Below the pieces are notes generated by a model. That model ran no database searches. It saw nothing but the letters and a program-made list of their open reading frames with translations, and was not told the origin of the DNA. A DNA stretch of 50,566 nucleotides from positions 1 through 50,566 of IMG/VR virus record IMGVR_UViG_3300011118_000009; one strand, 5' to 3'. Below are positions 30,091 to 37,633 of the stretch, piece after piece (the stretch's first letter is position 1; the number at the start of each line of letters is the position of its first letter). The DNA is from a virus (taxonomy: Duplodnaviria > Caudoviricetes). Made by a program: the position numbers and the translations under genes.

Positions 30091-30658
30091 TAAAATAGTG
30101 ACCTACACGGGAAAGGTTTTCGACCTACTTGATCCGAGACCGGAGACAGTGTGTATTGAAGATATTGCACACGCTCTGGCTCATATCTGTAGGTATACGG
30201 GGCATGTGCGGAAGTTTTATAGCGTGGCCCAACATTGTGTGTTAATTGCCCAGGCTGATCTACCGGGGGGAGCTTTACAGAGATTACTCCACGATGCCGC
30301 GGAGGCCTATATTGGAGATATGGCAAGTCCTTGGAAACAATTACTAAAGGTATTTGAATCACGTAATTGTTCAACATTGGGCAGCGGATTTCCGATATGG
30401 GTCAATGAATATGAACAAAAAATCCAAGACGTGATTGGAATAGCTTTAGATATTGACCTTTCTTTTTCTGCGGAGGTCAAAGAGGCAGATAATAGAATGT
30501 TTTCCACAGAAATACGGGATTTAATGCCACCTTCTAAGGAGTTTAAGTATTGGAAAGATAATCTGAAACCCCTGGATATTACGATAATTCCCCAGGACAC
30601 TGAACTCGCTGAGGCAGCTTTTCTAAACGAATATTGGAGGTTGAAAAAAAATGAGTAG
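30083..30658 (+). CDS. HD-domain 5'-deoxynucleotidase-like phosphohydrolase (YfbR/YfdR type)
   Basis: IEDIAHAL..ICRY.GH, YSVAQH, LLHDAAEAYIGD. Confidence 0.9.
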   Translation: MNNKIVTYTGKVFDLLDPRPETVCIEDIAHALAHICRYTGHVRKFYSVAQHCVLIAQADLPGGALQRLLHDAAEAYIGDMASPWKQLLKVFESRNCSTLGSGFPIWVNEYEQKIQDVIGIALDIDLSFSAEVKEADNRMFSTEIRDLMPPSKEFKYWKDNLKPLDITIIPQDTELAEAAFLNEYWRLKKNE

Positions 30659-31346
30659 AGTTTTAACCGTAGGTGATTTACATATTCCCTGGGAACGTAA
30701 GGGCTACTTTCAATTCTGCTGTGACCTATATGAAGCCTGGGATTGTAATACCGTGGTATTTATTGGAGATGTAGTTGACTCTCACGCGGTATCTTTCCAT
30801 AAGAAACATCCTGATATGCCGGGGGCATTGCAGGAGTATGAACAAGCTAAGAAACAGGTCAAACGCTGGTATAAGCGATTTCCAAATGCTGTAGTGACTA
30901 TAGGAAACCACGACGAGCGGATTATTCGTGTGGCCAGAGACGCCGGTATCCCGGAAGTTTATCTAAAAAGCTATGAGGTGAATTGGGGAACATCCGGTTG
31001 GAAATGGAAACAAGATCATATCATAGACGGCGTGTATTATTATCACGGTACAGGTCAAGGCGGGGAATACCCGGCATCTAACGCTGTGCGTAAAATGCTT
31101 ATGTCGTGTGTTCTCGGACACAACCACACAGCTTCCGGGATAAAATATTTTGTCAATCCTGCCAATAGGTTCTTTGCATGTGATGTGGGATGCGGAATAG
31201 ATGATAAGAGAATGGCCTTCGCCTATGCCATTAATAATAAACGGCGGAGCGTTCTTAGTGCCGCAGTAATTATCGACGGCGTACCTTATGTCGAGCCGAT
31301 GAAGTGTGGCCGCGGCGAAAAATACCATGATTCGGGGTTCAAATAA
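30651..31346 (+). CDS. Calcineurin-like metallophosphoesterase
   Basis: GDLH, GDVVD, GNHD, HG, GHNH. Confidence 0.92.
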   Translation: MSRVLTVGDLHIPWERKGYFQFCCDLYEAWDCNTVVFIGDVVDSHAVSFHKKHPDMPGALQEYEQAKKQVKRWYKRFPNAVVTIGNHDERIIRVARDAGIPEVYLKSYEVNWGTSGWKWKQDHIIDGVYYYHGTGQGGEYPASNAVRKMLMSCVLGHNHTASGIKYFVNPANRFFACDVGCGIDDKRMAFAYAINNKRRSVLSAAVIIDGVPYVEPMKCGRGEKYHDSGFK

Positions 31347-31519
31347 TGAGTGTAAAGGGAACGTGGCCGAGGCCATTTACGACAACACGGGAAGAACGGG
31401 ACCTCCGCAAAGACCTTATGTGTGGCGAGATCACGCGGGCGGAGTACAACAAACAATATGAACGGCTCAAGAACCAGGGGCTCATTCAAAGAAATGGACG
31501 AGTTATGAAAAAGGATTAG
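31346..31519 (+). CDS. Small hypothetical protein (57 aa, not in ORF track)
   Basis: TAATG coupling; MSVKGTWPRPF... Confidence 0.5.
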   Translation: MSVKGTWPRPFTTTREERDLRKDLMCGEITRAEYNKQYERLKNQGLIQRNGRVMKKD

Positions 31520-31526
31520 GAATAAT

Positions 31527-31703
31527 ATGGATACACACTTTCTCAAAGAGAAGATACAAGAGTTGAAAGAGCAGCTGGCAATCATAGAAGAGGAGAATAA
31601 ATCCCTTCGAGATTACATTCACGATCTGGAGGCCAATCAAACCACGAGCAAAATTTCACGCAGTCTAACTGAAATTCCTTCCGAATTTGGTTACGTCCCA
31701 TAA
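31527..31703 (+). CDS. Small coiled-coil protein (58 aa, not in ORF track)
   Basis: MDTHFLKEKIQELKEQLAIIEEENKSLRDYIHDLE heptad pattern. Confidence 0.55.
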   Translation: MDTHFLKEKIQELKEQLAIIEEENKSLRDYIHDLEANQTTSKISRSLTEIPSEFGYVP

Positions 31704-31847
31704 TAGTTAGAACCCGATAGACGCCCGATAACTGCGGAGGTCGGCGGGCTTGGTATTTTCGGACGTAGGGAGGTTGTCATTTGGTTTCTTGTTTTACGGT
31801 GGTTTCCTGTATAGGATATGTTAGGTTTTTGGGAAATTCATTATCCT

Positions 31848-31876
31848 ATTATACCATATTTGCAAGTAAAAAGCAA
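31848..31876 (-). promoter_or_regulatory. Leftward sigma70-type promoter
   Basis: Minus strand TTGCTT-17-TATAAT with extended -10. Confidence 0.6.
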
Positions 31877-31923
31877 GTAAAAACCCGACCGGAAAAAATA
31901 TTCAGATTTTTTTTATTTTTCAC

Positions 31924-31952
31924 TTGACATACCTCCGCAGATAGTGTATAGT
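31924..31952 (+). promoter_or_regulatory. Early-type promoter, 9-mer in spacer
   Basis: TTGACA-17-TATAGT, AT-rich upstream element, CCTCCGCAG at 31932. Confidence 0.8.
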
Positions 31953-32033
31953 TTACGTATGAGTATGGAATGGCGAAATATAATCAAGTTGGCAATATGG
32001 GCATATATTTCTTTACTGTAATTGGAGCTTAAA

Positions 32034-32168
32034 ATGAAGCAAGCAATTCGCGAATGCCCGGTTGATCCGAGTATGCCGGACGAAGAACGAGACGACTTCT
32101 ATGAGTATTTTGACGATGACCTGGACTTTGATCCGTCGGACGATTATGGTGGACTTGATAGTGATTAG
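32034..32168 (+). CDS. Very acidic 44-aa peptide (not in ORF track)
   Basis: GGAG RBS; MKQAIRECPVDPSMPDEERDDFYEYFDDDLDFDPSDDYGGLDSD. Confidence 0.6.
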   Translation: MKQAIRECPVDPSMPDEERDDFYEYFDDDLDFDPSDDYGGLDSD

Positions 32169-32212
32169 CTGTCCGTCCGAGGGTGAACGATAGACACTAC
32201 CTCCTATCCCCC

Positions 32213-32260
32213 ACCTCCGCAGGTTTTTATGGATAATTACACTGCGGAGGTATTTTTTTT
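32213..32260 (+). terminator. Terminator built from an inverted pair of 9-mers
   Basis: ACCTCCGCAG...CTGCGGAGGT followed by ATTTTTTTT. Confidence 0.75.
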
Positions 32261-32273
32261 CTAATAATTAGAA
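32259..32273. promoter_or_regulatory. Palindromic operator-like site TTCTAAT-A-ATTAGAA
   Basis: Perfect 7-1-7 palindrome just upstream of a -35 box; related copies at 36702-36716 and 31698-31712. Confidence 0.55.
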
Positions 32274-32281
32274 TTTTTTAC

Positions 32282-32310
32282 TTGACATGGGGATTGGGAT
32301 AGTGTATACT
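32282..32310 (+). promoter_or_regulatory. Early-type promoter
   Basis: TTGACA-17-TATACT; shares GATAGTGTATA with the 31924 promoter. Confidence 0.8.
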
Positions 32311-32365
32311 TTAGGTAGTTGTTGTGGTGGGTTTTCGGTTTTTTATTTTTTTTGGAGGCGGTAAA

Positions 32366-32962
32366 ATGAGAATCAAAGAAACAAAAGTTTACCCGTTTGG
32401 CGAGCTGTCAGACGATGTGAAACAAGAAGTTGTTGAAGATATGGCTGATATAAATGTCGATTATGACTGGTGGTATGATTATGACGACAAAAAGGAAATA
32501 GTTAAACTAATGGGCATAGATATTGATAATATCTATTTTTCCGGCTTTTCTTCCCAAGGGGATGGGGCTTGTTTTGAAGGGAGTTATGAGTATAGAAAAG
32601 GATGCGTTAAAGCCATAATGGATTATGCCCCAAAAGACACTGAATTGCATAGGATCATCAAGGAATTGCAATCCATTCAGAAAAAGTGCTTTTACTCGGC
32701 AAAAGCAAGTGTTAAGCAGTCCGGCCACTATATGCACAAGTATTGTACCGAGATTTCCGTAGACTTTGAAAATCGGAATACCAGCATTGACTATTACAAT
32801 CAAGAACATGAGGAGAACATCACGGAATTACTTCGTGATTATATGGAATGGATATATAGGAGTCTGGAGAAGGACTACGAATACTTAACCAGTGAGAAAG
32901 CTATAATCGAAACAATCGAAGCAAACGAATACGAATTTACAGCGGACGGTAAACTACAATAA
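32366..32962 (+). CDS. Acidic, aromatic-rich early protein
   Basis: ATG 32366 with GGAGG RBS; VY.F.ELS, IYFSGFSSQGDGACF and IEANEYEF..DG, a pattern familiar from phage/MGE early regions. Confidence 0.75.
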   Translation: MRIKETKVYPFGELSDDVKQEVVEDMADINVDYDWWYDYDDKKEIVKLMGIDIDNIYFSGFSSQGDGACFEGSYEYRKGCVKAIMDYAPKDTELHRIIKELQSIQKKCFYSAKASVKQSGHYMHKYCTEISVDFENRNTSIDYYNQEHEENITELLRDYMEWIYRSLEKDYEYLTSEKAIIETIEANEYEFTADGKLQ

Positions 32963-32979
32963 TCTGTGGAGGTGGTAAA

Positions 32980-33360
32980 ATGAAAAAAATTAAATTTAAT
33001 TGCCGAAATATTGTTGGTGGCTATGATTCACAGCTTAAATTGCAAACTGAATTAAAAGAAACAATTGGCTATTATTTTAGATGGAGTGACTGGCATTTTG
33101 TTATTCACAAGTCCTTTTCTACTTCTGGTTATTACGGTGGGTGGCGAGTTACTGAATTATCCACAGGATGCGGAATTACAGGACTTAGCCTAACACGTAA
33201 AGAAGCACTACAGCAATTTGAAGAAATGAAATTGAAAAGTTTCAAAAAATATGGCAAGTTTGCAACAAATAGTTTTCAAATGGAATTAAAAAGGCGGGTA
33301 AACAATATGTTTGAAGATTATGGTATTGCTAATGATGTTAGTCAATTTTGCGGAGATTAA
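32980..33360 (+). CDS. Hypothetical early protein
   Basis: GGAGGTGGTAAAATG start; F.IHK...WRVTELSTG pattern. Confidence 0.7.
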   Translation: MKKIKFNCRNIVGGYDSQLKLQTELKETIGYYFRWSDWHFVIHKSFSTSGYYGGWRVTELSTGCGITGLSLTRKEALQQFEEMKLKSFKKYGKFATNSFQMELKRRVNNMFEDYGIANDVSQFCGD

Positions 33361-33363
33361 TTA

Positions 33364-33570
33364 ATGTCAAATAACAATGGCAATCTAATCAACAGAAAAA
33401 ATTGCAAGGAGTTTACGCTAAAGTGGGCACAAGCGAACAGGGCAGGATGGCGGCCTACACAAGTGAGTGAGCAATTTATTGACGACCTGAATGCACGGGT
33501 TCGGTTGTTGGTACAAGGTGCTGTGGATAAGCATAGGAGTGTGGGACGGACTGTTAAAGATTTGTTTTGA
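33364..33570 (+). CDS. Small protein, possibly bacterial histone-fold-like
   Basis: LIN...KE...QVSEQFIDDL...V..AV....S.GRTV resembles short histone-fold proteins. Confidence 0.45.
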   Translation: MSNNNGNLINRKNCKEFTLKWAQANRAGWRPTQVSEQFIDDLNARVRLLVQGAVDKHRSVGRTVKDLF

Positions 33571-33603
33571 GGAAATAATAGAAGAAAAAATAATGGTAGG
33601 AGA

Positions 33604-33750
33604 ATGATTAAAATGACAATAGACGATGTAAGAGATATGAGTGTGGATCGATTTTGTTCTATTATTATGACGGCGTTGGACGCTGGACAAATAACAGGAG
33701 GAGAAGCGATAGAATTGATAACCGAGTTTTGGCCCCACTTCTGTGTATAA
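33604..33750 (+). CDS. Small hypothetical protein (48 aa, not in ORF track)
   Basis: AGGAG RBS; fills the gap. Confidence 0.45.
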   Translation: MIKMTIDDVRDMSVDRFCSIIMTALDAGQITGGEAIELITEFWPHFCV

Positions 33751-33786
33751 TCACAGGTAAAAACAAAGTTATGAGCAGGATATGAT

Positions 33787-34611
33787 ATGCGAAGGCGCGT
33801 ACTAACAAACAATATAATATGTGATGACTGTGAAGATGTGATAAGGGATTTCCCGGATAACTGCATTGACCTCATTGTTACCTCACCACCTTATGCTGAC
33901 CGTCGCAAGAAAACCTATGGTGGAATTCACCCTGACAAGTATGTGGACTGGTTCTTGCCCAAGTCAAAGGAGTTCTTGCGAATCCTCAAGCCCTCTGGAA
34001 CGTACATTCTCAACATTAAAGAGAAGGCAGAAAATGGAGAAAGGCACACCTATGTTATCAACCTTATTCTGAGAATGAAGGAACAGGGTTGGCTCTGGAC
34101 AGAGGAGTTTGCCTGGCACAAAAAGAACTGCTACCCTGGAAAATGGCCAAATAGATTTCGTGATGCTTGGGAGCGGTGCTTACAATTCAACAAACAAAAG
34201 AAGTTCAATATGTATCAGGAGGCGGTGATGGTTCCGATGGGAGGCTGGGCTAAGACACGCCTTCGGAATCTTAGTGATACTGACAAACGTCGGGACGAAT
34301 CAAAGGTCGGGAGTGGATTTGGGAAAAATATCTCCAACTGGATTGGAAGAGACAAAGCGTATCCGAGTAATGTCCTTCACTTGGCTACTGAGTGTGCAAA
34401 CAAGAATCATAGTGCTGCTTTTCCTATGGATTTGCCCACGTGGTTTATCAAACTTTTTACAAAGAAAGGCGATGTAGTTTTAGACCCGTTCTTGGGGTCT
34501 GGAACGACGGCCATTGCGTCAAAGCAGCTCGGTCGGAAGTATGTTGGAATTGATAATAATATGGAATACTGCAAAATGGCAGAGGATGCACTGCAAAAGG
34601 TGTCATTGTAG
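33787..34611 (+). CDS. Beta-class N4-C/N6-A DNA methyltransferase
   Basis: DLIVTSPPY, HSAAFP, VLDPFLGSGTT. Confidence 0.95.
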   Translation: MRRRVLTNNIICDDCEDVIRDFPDNCIDLIVTSPPYADRRKKTYGGIHPDKYVDWFLPKSKEFLRILKPSGTYILNIKEKAENGERHTYVINLILRMKEQGWLWTEEFAWHKKNCYPGKWPNRFRDAWERCLQFNKQKKFNMYQEAVMVPMGGWAKTRLRNLSDTDKRRDESKVGSGFGKNISNWIGRDKAYPSNVLHLATECANKNHSAAFPMDLPTWFIKLFTKKGDVVLDPFLGSGTTAIASKQLGRKYVGIDNNMEYCKMAEDALQKVSL

Positions 34612-34622
34612 GATAGTAATGT

Positions 34623-34925
34623 ATGAAAAAGCTGAATATAAAAAACGTGTCACAATACGTTGAGCGGAATATTGGGTCTTTTCATCAAAAACGCATAAAA
34701 AGTCTCGATAACTTGGAGCTCTTAAAAATCCTTAAACGGAAGAATCCTTATCTGTTCAAAGCAAAATATGTGCTAACAGCCGAAGAAATTATCCGTGCAT
34801 TGGTTGACGCCCATATTTCATCAAACGAAGAAACAATTTTTGGGGATTGGCTCGAAGGTGCCTTGCTTTATCAACAAACAAATACAGCCAGTGCTGCCAT
34901 TGTAGAGGCCGAACAATCAGTATAG
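34623..34925 (+). pseudogene. Truncated type II restriction endonuclease (PmeII/EcoO109I-like N-terminus)
   Basis: KRKNPYLFKAK...AHISSNEETIFGDWLE, then unrelated-looking sequence and a stop at 100 aa; directly follows the MTase. Confidence 0.7.
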
Positions 34926-34969
34926 AGCTTACAAGGCCGTCCTGTACCTCCGCAGAGTAGGTATAGGAT

Positions 34970-34995
34970 GGACTTATATAGTTTATAAATGAGAG
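34970..34995 (+). repeat. 26-bp direct repeat, copy 1
   Basis: GGACTTATATAGTTTATAAATGAGAG; 24/26 identical to 35936-35961. Confidence 0.85.
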
Positions 34996-34998
34996 GAT

Positions 34999-35730
34999 AT
35001 GAATATGGGCAAGCGAATTGATTTGACAGGGCAGAGGTTTGGTATGTTGAGGGTGTTAGAGCCTGCTCACAATCATAAGAAACATGGATGGTATTGGAAA
35101 TGCCTTTGTGATTGCGGAAAAACTACAGTTGTAGTTAATTGTGATATACGTAATGGCCACACTAAGACTTGTGGTTGTTCCCACAAAAGAACACAACGGA
35201 TAGATTTGAAAGGAAAAAGATTTGGAAGATGGTTTGTGTTGGATTATGCTTTTAATGATAGCCACCATAAATCATTTTGGAAGTGTCGATGTGATTGTGG
35301 AGTAATCAGAAATATAAACGGTACTCAATTACGGGCTGGCCGATCAAAGTCTTGCGGGTGTGGCCGGATAGATGCAATTCAATTATCACCAACAGTAGCG
35401 GCTTTTAATGCTTTATATTCTCAATATAAATTAGGAGCAAAACAACGTGGATATAGTTTTAGGCTATCTAAAAAGAAATTTCAAAGGCTAACAAAGCAGA
35501 ATTGCTATTATTGTGGTGTAAAGCCAAGTAATATATTTAATCCACATCGTAGGTCAAACGGAGTTTATATTTATAGCGGCATTGACCGTGTAGATAATTC
35601 TAAAGGATATAAGAAAGATAATGTTGTGGCTTGTTGTGCAATGTGCAATCGAATGAAAATGGTTTATTCTCAAGAGGAGTTTCTTGAGCAAGTGAAGAAG
35701 ATTTACGAACACTCAATGGAAGGAAAGTGA
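34999..35730 (+). CDS. HNH-type endonuclease with two N-terminal Cys-rich repeats
   Basis: Two DL.G.RFG...W.C.CDCG...K.CGC units; CYYCG, GIDRVDNSKGY, NVVACCAMCN. Confidence 0.88.
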   Translation: MNMGKRIDLTGQRFGMLRVLEPAHNHKKHGWYWKCLCDCGKTTVVVNCDIRNGHTKTCGCSHKRTQRIDLKGKRFGRWFVLDYAFNDSHHKSFWKCRCDCGVIRNINGTQLRAGRSKSCGCGRIDAIQLSPTVAAFNALYSQYKLGAKQRGYSFRLSKKKFQRLTKQNCYYCGVKPSNIFNPHRRSNGVYIYSGIDRVDNSKGYKKDNVVACCAMCNRMKMVYSQEEFLEQVKKIYEHSMEGK

Positions 35731-35731
35731 A

Positions 35732-35902
35732 ATGAGTTTAATTGCAGCTATAATATTTTTGGTGGTATATTTTCTACCAGCACTTGTAGGCTGTCTTAAT
35801 AAGAAGAAAAATGCAGGTGGTATATTTATGCTTAACCTGTTACTTGGTTGGACAGGAATCGGGTGGATCATTGCCCTTATATGGGCTGTTTGTATGGATT
35901 AA
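35732..35902 (+). CDS. imm: Superinfection immunity protein, T4 Imm-like (not in ORF track)
   Basis: YFLP.......N...I..LNLLLGWTGIGWIIALIWA signature. Confidence 0.88.
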   Translation: MSLIAAIIFLVVYFLPALVGCLNKKKNAGGIFMLNLLLGWTGIGWIIALIWAVCMD

Positions 35903-35935
35903 ACCCTACAACACCCTGCCAGATAGCAAGGGCAA

Positions 35936-35961
35936 GGACTTATGTAGTTTATAAGTGAGAG
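35936..35961 (+). repeat. 26-bp direct repeat, copy 2
   Basis: GGACTTATGTAGTTTATAAGTGAGAG. Confidence 0.85.
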
Positions 35962-35980
35962 ATAATCTGCGGAGGTAGGA

Positions 35981-36235
35981 ATGAAAGGTTCACGAGTAAC
36001 AAGGCTGTCGGCGATGGGATCGCTGGATAGGTTGGATTGCAGGGACTTGATTCAGTTGTATTGTAATGTGGCGAATTTGTTGCCGATAGATGAACGTATG
36101 TTGTTTCACCTGTATTATAAGCACGGGTATTCTACTATTGAAATTGCACAATTGCTGATGAAACATGATGGGACGATTCATAGGCGGTTGATGAAAATAG
36201 GTAGGAAATTGACAGATATGTTGGAGGTAAAGTGA
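35981..36235 (+). CDS. Sigma70 region-4-like HTH protein
   Basis: LPIDERMLFHLYYKHGYSTIEIAQLL....GTIHRRL. Confidence 0.8.
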   Translation: MKGSRVTRLSAMGSLDRLDCRDLIQLYCNVANLLPIDERMLFHLYYKHGYSTIEIAQLLMKHDGTIHRRLMKIGRKLTDMLEVK

Positions 36236-36339
36236 TGGATATTGTGGAGTGTTTTATTGCCGTGGGCTTGTTGTTGGCGATGTGTTTGAAACCAGACAAA
36301 CGTAGGCAGCAATAGTGCTACTATATGAAAGGATTTGAT

Positions 36340-36504
36340 ATGGATTACACAATTACAAAGAATCACGACGGCAGCGTTACAATTAGTACAATTTACGACG
36401 GAGTAAGACGGCATAAACAGTATTTTGGGTATACTGAAAAACAAGCTGAATCGTTATTTCATCAGTCTTTAATAAAGTGCCGTATTGAAAGGGTAATAAA
36501 ATGA
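36340..36504 (+). CDS. Small hypothetical protein (54 aa, not in ORF track)
   Basis: AAAGGA RBS; MDYTITKNHDGSVTIS...YFGYT. Confidence 0.55.
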   Translation: MDYTITKNHDGSVTISTIYDGVRRHKQYFGYTEKQAESLFHQSLIKCRIERVIK

Positions 36505-36647
36505 AGACATACCACTTTACAATTACATTAGGCGGCTCAGGAGAAGATGAAAGTGCTGCGTGGGTTGATGCGTGTGAATCATTCGCACTTGATCCAGGGA
36601 TGCCTGATACTGAACTGGTAGAACTTGTGGAAGACGACGAGGAATGA
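36501..36647 (+). CDS. Small acidic protein (48 aa, not in ORF track)
   Basis: ATGA overlap; ends VELVEDDEE. Confidence 0.5.
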   Translation: MKTYHFTITLGGSGEDESAAWVDACESFALDPGMPDTELVELVEDDEE

Positions 36648-37400
36648 TGTGCTATGTATGGTGTGTCCGGGGTTGGGGGGCATACTATATGTAGTGTGTG
36701 ATTCTAATAGTTAGAAATTCTAAACGGTAGAATTTATGGGGATATGATCTGATTCAAGGAATTTATCAATCCCCACTAAATCAGTAGGAAATCACTTCAC
36801 CCGGCCCGATTGCTGTCCACCACCCAGTAGTCGGGCTTTCCCCTTTATACCTCCGCAGAATTGGATCAATACCGTCATGAATTGACAGTTATAGTCCGAT
36901 AACCATAGTCTGATTCACCAAGTGTCCATTCGCTAAGTCCAATAATCACCACGCCTTAATCGGTATTCCTTCCCCAGTTATCCACCTGCGGAGGTGGCAG
37001 TCCAATAATCCATACTGCGGAGGTGGGAATTGATTGGATGTTATCGGACGTAGCCCAGGAGCGACCCCCCCTCGGCCCCCTGCGGGATTTTGTTATTGTT
37101 AGATCAAAGGTCTCACCCGCATTAATCCGATTCAGGCTTCCAAGCGGCATTTCACGCAGTACCTACCCCAACTCTGCGGAGGAATCCCCAATGCTCGTTA
37201 CCAAAATTCCCTTGGGTAACAATAGGGTGAAAACCTAATCCCCACGGTTTCAATGGGATATCCGATCCCCAAAAAATTTTCAAAAATCCCCGTGGTTTCT
37301 CTTGACTTCATGCCCCGACTGCTCCTCATAACCTCTACAATCCCTACAACTGATTTTGACCCAAATATACATAGTGTAGGCAAGGCGTCTATACAACTAC

Positions 37401-37602
37401 TATAACCCCTACAACCCCTATAACCCAACTATTTGTGTCCCATATGTCCCATACGTCCCATAGCCCTTTCTTCTTCCTAAAGGAAAGAAAAATATATATA
37501 AGGGGGGGAGGAATAAGGAGCTATGGGACGTATGGGACACCCCCTGATTTTGTGGATTATTACGCCAGAAATGGCGATTTTCTTGTCCCATTGGTTTGGG
37601 AC
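37401..37602. other. Putative replication origin with iterons
   Basis: TAYAACCC x3 (9-bp period); GTCCCATA x3 at 37437/37446/37455; TATGGGAC x2 at 37522/37531; 20-bp perfect inverted repeat around a 55-bp spacer; adjacent to the helicase gene. Confidence 0.65.
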
Positions 37603-37633
37603 ACATATGGAAATGTGGCTTTTAAGTCTAAAA

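Noticed and set aside
29174-30658. 2-aminoadenine (Z) genome pathway
   Set aside because: No PurZ/adenylosuccinate-synthetase-like gene seen; the two hydrolases alone are insufficient.
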